In this document: in pieces, positions 13,396 to 23,300 of the stretch | Layout: each line of letters starts with the position of its first letter | Numbering within the stretch: position 1 is the stretch's first letter | Assembly (NCBI GenBank): GCA_002269645.1 | Contig: NIVC01002106.1 | Location: 62,001 to 126,000, forward strand | Source: Macrostomum lignano | Taxonomy: Eukaryota | Direction: 5' to 3' | DNA length: 64,000 bases | Program-made: the position numbers and the translations under genes | The notes under the pieces: model-generated | What the model saw: the letters and a program-made list of their open reading frames with translations, nothing else | What the model was told of the DNA's origin: nothing | The model's database searches: none

Positions 13396-14819
13396 TAGGA
13401 TAAGAGTTGAAATTGCAAAATCGGTTCCAAAAAATTCTACATAAATCTTTTTGAATCCTTAATGCTTAATTCATCGAATTTCCAATGTGCATTTCATTTA
13501 AACGTGTGCGTTTTTTCGTAGAACACCTTTATAAGCTTTAACAAGACGTTATTTTTTATTTTCTACTAAATAACAACTTTTAAAAATGAATTGCAAAAAC
13601 TGTTATTTTAATCTTAAAAATTAGACTTGGTTTGCATGCCAGACAATCGATATTAATTTAAATAAATGAATAAAATATTTTCAGGTTGATTTTAAAAACC
13701 GTATTATTAGAATTAGAATATTACCCGGCCGTCGTCCACAATACCGTTGACGCCTGACGGACGGAATGATGACGAAATTATCCAAATGTATTTTAAATGT
13801 GATGACTTAGAATGCCAAAAAGGGCATGCATTTAGGCTTGAGTTGGCTTACTAAGCCGTTTTTTGTGCATTTTCGGCTTTCTAAGCCGTATAGAATTGCG
13901 AAACCGTTTCACAAAAGGCAAATTTTTATGCCGAAATTTCCTGGAATTGTTGAGTCGGGTCATTATTATATGGGACTTCACTTATGTCATGGTCACATAT
14001 ACAACATAAAATAGCCTTCATAAAATTTAGGTCTATATATGATCACATCCACGTGTAATATTGTAATATAAGCCACCTGGGGACATTTTCCATGGGATTT
14101 TGGCTTTTGGTTTGTGTTAGACCTTATCATATGGCATCTAACTTAAGATTTTTCAATCAGAGACGAGAGTAGTAGATAGAATTCATTACAAAATTGTAGG
14201 CTCAGCTCCTAGTCATATGGTCTTTTTGGAGAATAATAGAATTGCCATTTTATTAAATTTTCTTGATTTTGTCCAAAACAAATTCTAGGCTAGGCTAGGC
14301 CTAGCATATTTTGCTCTTTGATTATATATTTTTTTTCTGAGTTCTGAGTTATATAGGGCCTAGCTCATTTAGCTCATTCTATCAATAAATCTTTGCATAT
14401 TTTTACAAAATTTATCTAAGTCCTTATCATTTTAGCCTTTCTAAGCCAATAAGATTTTGGCAGTTGTTATTGTTACACTGACCATATAAATAGCAAGAGG
14501 GTTATTTTTATGGTCATCACTTAAAACAAATACCATCTAAGTGAAGTGACCAACTTGCTATGCAAATACTAAGATGGTTAAGTTTAAAAAATAGGCAATG
14601 ACCGGACAAATAGCCTTTTTACTATTTGTCTAGTTAAATTACTAACTGTTTAAATTGCTATTTGTTTCATGATGAATATTCTAGATTTTTAAGACCTTTT
14701 CATATATACTGATTAATATTTTGTTGTATAGTAGTGTACATATAAGAAAGCAGTGTATTCAATTCAGCATAATTTGGTGTATAAGACATTACTAGTATAA
14801 CAACATAATAATCAAGATA

Positions 14820-16011
14820 CGTCAAGAGGAGCGTCCAGAAAGTAGTGTTACTTTTGCTTGGTGTGGACGTATGGACAGTCACACTTGCATGTGCTTGGTG
14901 TCATTTGAAAGCGGCAAGTCTCTTCTTTAAAATGACACCAATTGCAAGAGATTTGAATCTGTGCTTCAAGAGATATGGACGATTAAGTAGAGAAAGGTCA
15001 GTCATAGACTTACAGAACCTCAAAAATGTCAACAGAAAACTTTCATCACGAGCGTAATTATTCCAGAAAAAAACAAAAAACACAACAGTACAGTACAGAA
15101 GCCCTCAGATCCCCTGACGGTCCAAACCATTGACTCCTGCACCCATGTCTCATCGCCAGTTACGATCAGCTCTCGAAAGGCTTCCCATCCTCCATGTTGA
15201 TTGACCAGCTCCAGGTTATTCACACATTTCTGCTTGCAATCCAGCTTCATGACCTCAGTGAGCAATCGTGGTACCCAACAGGCACTCAGCTTGACGTGAT
15301 TCATCTTCGGCAGGCACTCGTGAACTGTCGACTTCGGGCAATCCAATCGATCGGCCATTTCACGAATGCTCTGGTGGCAGTCTTCATCAATCAAGTCGAG
15401 AATGCGATCCGTCAGGCTGCTGCTGTCGCGAATTGCAGGGCGTCCGGACCTTGGCATGTCGCTCACGTCAGTTCTTCCAGCCTGAAACTCGCCCACCCAC
15501 CTGCTTACTGTCATCTTGCTGACAGCATGATCGCCATGAGCTGTGCAAAGTTGCCTGTGGATGTCAGCCAATTTGGTTCTGGAGCTCCAAAGTGTAAAGA
15601 TGGCATGTCACTGCCCAGTCTTTGAATGCACATCCATTTGCAGTTCACAATTGAAAATTGAATGTCAATAAACTTTTCAGGCCCAGCAGAATCAGTTTTA
15701 CAAGTCTCGTAGTTTTCTGAGACAGCCCCTCTTGTTCACTGCATCACATTTGGCCATAGACAGCCCATGATTACGAAAAAATCGATAAACCCGTAAAAGT
15801 TTCTGTTGACATTTTTGAGGTTCTGTAAGTCCATGACTGACCTTTCTCTACTTAATCGTCCATATCTCTTGAAGCACAGATTTAAATCTCTTGCAATTGG
15901 TGTCATTTTAAAAAGAGACTTGCGCTTTCAAATGACACCAAGCACATGCAAGTGTGACTGTCCATACGTCCACACCAAGCAAAAGTAACACTACTTTCTG
16001 GACGCCCCTCG
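14820..16011 (-). mobile_element. Internally deleted mariner (Tc1/mariner) element with ~215-bp terminal inverted repeats
   Basis: TIRs ~14826-15040 and ~15799-16011 (GAGG[A/G]GCGTCCAGAAAGTAGTGTTAC...). TA flanks at 14818-14819 and 16012-16013; the left tip has a few extra bases. Transposase remnant inside. Confidence 0.9.
15029..15637 (-). pseudogene. Mariner transposase pseudogene (HTH, first catalytic Asp, then truncated)
   Basis: MDVHSKTGQ*HAIFTLW..LADIHRQL..TVSRW..FQAGRTDVSDMPRSGRP..WVPRLL..IVTGDETW. In-frame TGA at codon 10; the catalytic domain is deleted after DETW. Confidence 0.88.
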
Positions 16012-17262
16012 TACAAATAAGAAGTCTTTGAAGTCTAAGAATATTCATCTTTGTAGTTTCTATAAAATAGATATTTTAGCATTATCAATTTAACCGGTCA
16101 AATAATAAAAAGCCTATTTGTCTGGTATTAACCAGATGAATAGGAAAGCATGGCCATTATCCAGTAACGAGACAAATTAACACATCACTATTTGTCTGGT
16201 CACCAGACAAATAACAACTGCCTAAAAATAAAGAAACATGTTATTGATAAATACAATAATATATTCTAATGGTTCTTGTCATAGTAGCTTACTTTAGGTA
16301 ATTGTTAACTATTACATTGTAATTTAACTGAAATTTCTTCCACATGACTATAAAAATAGCCATTTTGCTTCTTATCTATGGGACTATAAAAACAACAGTT
16401 TTGCTATTGTATTGATATGATTAGGCCTACATTTAGTAAAGACCAAAGGCCCAGGCAATATCTTATGTATTAACCATAAAAATAACCATTTTGTTGTTTA
16501 TATTGTTACTATAACAATAACAATTGCCTAAGATTTTGTTGTCAATTGTCATTATGCTAAATATTATCTTTATTTACAAATATTAGAAATATAGATTCCT
16601 AGAATTAATTTATTATTTTTGTTTATTCTTAATTTTTCTTATTTTTTATTTTATAGTTATTGCCAACAAAAGCATTTAAAGCTAAGCCTTAAAATGGCCT
16701 TTTTTAAACTTTATTGAAGTCCAACTTTGTATTTGTAATTTTTCATCAAAATAACTTATATTTATTAGGTCAAAAATAGAAAGTGTTTGTATATTTATGC
16801 ATTATATTTATATATACTACTAGTATCAATCAGTATAGATTATTCAATGGATTATATTTTAAAATAAAATACTATATCTTATAATAAGCCTTTTTAGGTA
16901 TTGATATAGTTTTTATTAAATGTCAAAGTATTATTAGAATTTTTAAGAAAATATTATGGCATAAGATATATTTTCTAAACTAATCTTCTATTCTTTCATG
17001 ATAAAATATATAATCTATAGATCATATAAATTCCAAAATGTCAATTAATTAACAATAACAATTGTGGATATATAGATTTTAACCTCAAATACAAAGTCTA
17101 AGGTGCTAATTAAGTGCTTAAAACTATATAGACTTTTATAGTGACATTATGCCTTTAAATAAAAGACATTGTCATAGACTATAGTCCCATACACCATGTA
17201 TACACTATTTATATCGATCTTTAATAAGTCATGAATGCACAAAATTTATGCTTTTATCAAGC

Positions 17263-17339
17263 ATGAAACTGGGTCTGTATTCTAGACTGCATCCTGAGGC
17301 CGAGTCTAGCATATTTGAAGTGTTTTATGAACTGCATAG
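17263..17339 (+). CDS. DENND1: DENND1-like coding exon 1
   Basis: ATG AAA CTG...MKLGLYSRLHPEAESSIFEVFYELH, ends AG|gtaagt (phase 2), which matches the next acceptor. Missed by the ORF track. Confidence 0.8.
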
Positions 17340-20300
17340 GTAAGTATTTTATATCACAGAATAATGTATTGTATATTCTATGATTTTACATAATGTTAGA
17401 GTTTTTTATAATCAAATACAAGGACTTAATTACAAATAATAAATATTATAATACTCAAACCCAAAATTTTAGGAGTATTTATATTTAAATCTTGTATCTT
17501 GTGATGAATCCTAAGAATCCTTAAATCCCAAAATCCAAATCATTGGAATACATGGATTCAAATCCCAAATCATAAAATTCCATGGGCTCAAATCCCAAAG
17601 CATCAAAATCCATGAACTCAAATCTGAAATCACCAAATTACATGGACTCAAATCCGAAATCACCAAAATCCCTGGTCTCAAATCCCAAATCACCAAAATC
17701 CCTGGACTCAAATCCCAAATCACCAAAATCCCTGGTCTCAAATCCCAAATCACCAAAATCCCTGGACTCAAATCCCAAATCACCGAAATCCCTCTAGACT
17801 CAAATCTTCAAATCATTAAAATCCCTAGACTCGAATCCCAAATCACCAAAATCCCTAGCCTCGACTCAAATCCCAAGACTGAAATTTCAATCAAATGAAA
17901 AGCCAGCATTATAGATAACACTCACACCTGTTTGATTCAGGTATGCAGACCTAGACGAGACCATCCCCGTGTTCAGCTACTGGACCGTCGCCAACCGCGA
18001 TAACTCCAACCTCGTGGCGGAATGGGAGAAAAAGATTGGGGAATACGCCATGCCTCCATCGCTGCGCTGCCGGGATCGCTGCGACAGCGCCTGCGCCGCT
18101 TTCACCGATTTGGACTCGCGGCTGACCTTCCTGTTCGCCAGCTATTATCGAACTAACGGCGGCCTTCGCTGCCTGTTGTTCGTTTCTAAGAATCCTTGGT
18201 TCGAAGTGTTCGCCGAGCTGCTTAATAGCCTGGCACAGTTACTGCTGGGTGAGTATTAAAGTATATTGGTATGCATTTCTTTGATCCAGGATTTCAGGGA
18301 TTGTGATCTCGAATCATGGGAGTTCAGGGACTCTGATCCCGAGTCATGGGATTTCAGGGACTCTGATCCCGAATCATGGGATTTCAGGGACTGATCCCGA
18401 ATCATGGGATTTATGGGGTTCTGATCCCGAATCATGGGATTTATGGGGTTCTGATCCCAAATCATGGGATTTATGGGGTTCTGATCCCTAATCATGGGAT
18501 TTATGGGGTTCTGATCCCAAATCATGGGATTTATGGGGTTCTGATCCCAAATCATGGGATTTATGGGGTTCTGATCCCAAATCATGGGGTTCTGATCCCG
18601 AATCATGGGATTCATGGGGTTCTGATCCCAAATCATAAGATTTATGGGGTTCTGATCCCGAATCATGGGATTTATGGGGTTCTGATCCCAAATCATGGGG
18701 TTCTGATCCCGAATCATGGGATTCATGGGGTTCTGATCCCAAATCATGGGATTTATGGGGTTCTGATCCCAAATCATGGGATTTATAGGGTTCTGATCCC
18801 AAATCATGGGGTTTTTGGGGTTCTGATCCCAAATCATGGGATTTATGGGGTTCTGATCCCAAATCATGGGATTTATGGGGTTCTGATCCCAAATCATGGG
18901 ATTTATGGGGTTCTGATCCCAAATCATGGGATTTATGGGGTTCTGATCCCAAATCATGGGATTTATGGGGTTCTGATCCCAAATCATGGGATTTTTGGGG
19001 TTCTGATCCCAAATCATGGGATTTTTGGGGTTCTGATCCCTAATCATGGGATTTATGGGGTTCTGATCCCAAATCATGGGATTTATGGGGTTCTGATCCC
19101 AAATCATGGGGTTCTGATCCCGAATCATGGGATTCATGGGGTTCTGATCCCAAATCATGGGATTCATGGGGTTCTGATCCCAAATCATGGGATTTATGGG
19201 GTTCTGATCCCGAATCATGGGATTCATGGGGTTCTGATCCCAAATCATGGGATTTATGGGGTTCTGATCCCGAATCTGATACGCAGGCGACCGCCGCAAC
19301 GAAACCCTGGCCAACGTGATCCTGTGCCAGCTGGAGAACTGTCCGCGGGTGACGCCCGGTTCAACCCTGTCCGGCGCCGCCTGCCTCACGCCCGACCAGG
19401 TCCGCCTCAGTCGGACAGTCGCTCCGGACGATCAGCTGCCTGCGCTGGCCGCTTGCGCGCCGCTACGCGAGCTGTACAGCCGGCTGTCCGAGTCCGACTC
19501 GCTTCTGTTTGTGCTGTGCGCTCTGCTGTGCGAGAAGAAACTGCTGCTGATTGGCAGGCGGCCGGGCCAGCTCAGCCTGGCCGTGTTCGGCTGCTTAGCG
19601 CTGCTCTATCCGTTCAGCTGGGAGCACGTGCTCGCCCCGCTACTGTCAGACAGCAATGTGGATCATCTCAGCTGTCTGGTGCCGTTCGTATTCGGCATGT
19701 CTGAGGCTCTTTTCGAGGCTAATAAGGCTCAGGTTAGTTTCAATGGTAGTTTCGGGGACACTAATTCAAGGGTAGGTTTTGGATGCAGATGGAAGGGTAG
19801 TTTTGGATGCAGATGGAAGGGTAGTTTTGGATGCAGATGGAAGGGTAGTTTTGGATGCAGATGGAAGGGTAGTTTTGGATGCAGATGGAAGGGTAGTTTT
19901 GGATGCAGATAGAAGGGTAGTTTTGGATGCAGATGGAAGGGTAGTTTTGGATGCAGATGGAAGGGTAGTTTTGGATGCAGATGGAAGGGTAGTTTTGGAT
20001 GCAGATGGAAGGGTAGTTTTGGATGCAGATGGAAGGGTAGTTTTGGATGCAGATGGAAGGGTAGTTTTGGATGCAGATGGAAGGGTAGTTTTGGATGCAG
20101 ATGGAAGGGTAGTTTTGGATGCAGCTAAAGAGGTAGTTTTGGATGCAGCTAAAGAGGTAGTTTTGAATGCAGCTAAGGAGGTAGTTTTGGATGCAGCTAA
20201 AGAGGTAGTTTTGGATGCAGCTAAAGAGGTAGTTTTGGATGCAGCTAAGGAGGTAGTTTTGGATGCAGCTAAAGAAGTAGTTTTGGATGCAGCTAAGGAG

Positions 20301-23300
20301 GTAGTTTTGGATGCAGCTAAAGAAGTAGTTTTGAATGCAGCTAAGGAGGTAGTTTTGGATGCAGCTGAAGCGGAAAGGTTATTTTTTATGCAACTAGTTT
20401 CGGATGAAGATGAAAGTTTTAGGGATAGTTTCAGGGTGAGTTTCCGAGATTTTCAAGGAATTGCAGAAGCAGTCTTGAGGGCAGGTTCAAAGTTAGTCTC
20501 AGTGCTGGTGTCAGTGTGAAATGCTAATCTCAGTGCTAGTGTCAGTCAGTGTGAAATGCTAATCTCAGTGCTGGTGTCAGTGTGAAATGCTAATCTCAGT
20601 GCTGGTGTCAGTGTGAAATGCTAATCTCAGTGCTAGTGTCAGTCAGTGTGAAATGCTAATCTCAGTGCTGGTGTCAGTGTGAAATGCTAATCTCAGTGCT
20701 GGTGTCAGTGTGAAATACTAATCTCAGTGCTGGTGTCAGTGTGAAATGCTAATCTCAGTGCTGGTGTCAGTGTGAAATGCTAATCTCAGTGCTAGTGTCA
20801 GTGTGAAATGCTAATCTCAGTGCTAGTGTCAGTCAGTGTGAAATGCTAATCTCAGTGCTGGTGTCAGTGTGAAATGCTAATCTCAGTGCTGGTGTCAGTG
20901 TGAAATGCTAATCTCAGTGCTGGTGTCAGTGTGAAATGCTAATCTCAGTGCTAGTGTCAGTCAGTGTGAAATGCTAATCTCAGTGCTGGTGTCAGTGTGA
21001 AATGCTAATCTCAGTGCTAGTGTCAGTCAGTGTGAAATGCTAATCTCAGTGCTGGTGTCAGTGTGAAATGCTAATCTCAGTGCTAGTGTCAGTGTGAATG
21101 TGAAATGCTAATCTCAGTGCTAGTGTCAGTCAGTGTGAAATGCTAATCTCAGTGCTGGTGTCAGTGTGAAATGCTAATCTCAGTGCTAGTGTCAGTGTGA
21201 AATGCTAATCTCAGTGCTAGTGTCAGTCAGTATGAAATGCTAGTCTCAGTGCTAGTGTCAGTCAGTATGAAATGCTAATCTCAGTGCTAGTGTCAGTCAG
21301 TATGAAATGCTAGTCTCAGTGCTAGTGTCAGTCAGTATGAAATGCTAGTCTCAGTGCTAGTGTCAGTCAGTATGAAATGCTACTATGAAACGGTCGCCCT
21401 GCTCAGGTTGAGAACTGCCTGTCAGCCGACGAAGATTTCATTTTAATCCGCCTCGACACCGGCGAGATGTTCGTCCGCGAAGGCGCCGAGTCCTGCGTCG
21501 ACGCCCTGTCGCTGCCGTCCAGCCTACTTCGCGGTCTCCGTAGATCGTTGAAGCCCGGGAACAGCTCCGGCCTGAGCGAGTCGCAGTTCTCTCAGGCTTT
21601 CCTGGACGTCACCAGCGAGCTGGCCGCACCGCTGCGCCAATTCGCCTTGGGGGCCGCCACACCTGCCAGCCGGAGGACGTGGCCGCCGCCAGTCCGGACC
21701 AGCTGCGGCCCTGCCTTCGCCGGCTGTGCCAGTCGCAACTGTTCGACGAATTCTGCCGGCGCTATCTGGCCGAGCCGGCGGCGCCGTTCTGGGCGCCGTT
21801 TAATTCGGCTGCTGATCGGGTGCTGGCAGAACGGCGCAAGACCTTGTCTGTGCCCAATGCCAGGGCTCTGCAACAGCAGGTCAGCTGCTAGTGGTTGCAG
21901 TACTGTTGTAACTGTAGTAGTACTAATTCAGTATGTTTCTTAGAATCAGTCCCAGATTTGTATCTTTAACCAACGGATCCAAAAATCTTCCCTGAATCTT
22001 TCAATTTAAATCACCTCCGAATCTTCAATTAGAATCCACACTGAATCTCCCATAAGAATCGCCTCAGAATCTCCAATTAAGAATCGCTTCCAAATCTCTA
22101 ATTAAGAGCCACCTCGGAATCTCCAATTAAGAATCGCCTCTGAATCTCCCAATGAGAATCGCCCCTGAGTCTCCCAATTAGAATCGCCCTGGGTCTCCCA
22201 ATGAGAATCGCCCCTGAGTCTCCCAATGAGAATCGCCCCTGAATCTCCCAATGAGAATCGCCCCTGAGTCTCCCAATTAGAATCGCCCTGGGTCTCCCAA
22301 TGAGAATCGCCCCTGAGTCTCCCAATGAGAATCGCCCCTGAGTCTCTCAATGAGAATCGCCCCTGGATCTCCCAATGAGAATTGCCCCTGAGTCTCCCAA
22401 TGAAAATCGCCCTTGAATCTCCCAATGAAAATCGCCCCTGAGTCTCCCAATGAGAATCGCCCCTGGATCTCCCAATGAGAATCGCCCCTGGATCTCCCAA
22501 TGAGAATCGCCCCTGAGTCTCCCAATTAGAATCGCCCTGGGTCTCCCAATGAGAATCGCCCCTGAGTCTCCCAATGAGAATCGCCCCTGGATCTCTCAAT
22601 GAGAATCGCCCCTGAGTCTCCCAATGAGAATCGCCCCTGAGTCTCTCAATGAGAATCGCCCCTGAATCTCCCAATGAGAATCGCCCCTGAGTCTCCCAAT
22701 GAAAATCGCCCCTGAATCTCCCAATGAGAATCGCCCCTGAGTCTCCCAATTAGAATCGCCCCTGGATCTCCCAATGAGAATCGCCCCTGGATCTCCCAAT
22801 GAGAATCGCCCCTGAGTCTCCTAATGAGAATCGCCCCTGGATCTCCCAATAAGAATCGCCCCTGGATCTCCCAATGAGAATCGCCCCTGAGTCTCTCAAT
22901 GAGAATCGCCCCTGAATCTCCCAATGAGAATCGCCCCTGGATCTCCCAATGAGAATTTCCCCTGAGTCTCCCAATGAGAATTGCCCCTGAGTCTCCCAAT
23001 GAGAATCGCCCCTGAATCTCCCAATGAGAATCGCCCCTGGATCTCCCAATGAGAATCGCCCCTGAATCTCCCAATGAGAATCGCCCCTGAATCTCTCAAT
23101 GAGAATCGCCCCTGAATCTCCCAATGAGAATCGCCCCTGGATCTCCAATGAGAATCGCCCCTGAATCTCCCAATGAGAATCGCCCCTGAATCTCCCAATG
23201 AGAATCGCCCCTGAATCTCCCAATGAGAATCGCCCCTGAGTCTCCCAATGAGAATCGCCCCTGAATCTCCCAATGAGAATCGCCCCTGGATCTCCAAATG

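Noticed and set aside
21649-21653. Programmed -1 ribosomal frameshifting in DENND1 or the Ig gene
   Set aside because: No XXXYYYZ slippery heptamer at any of the three sites; homopolymer deletion error is simpler.
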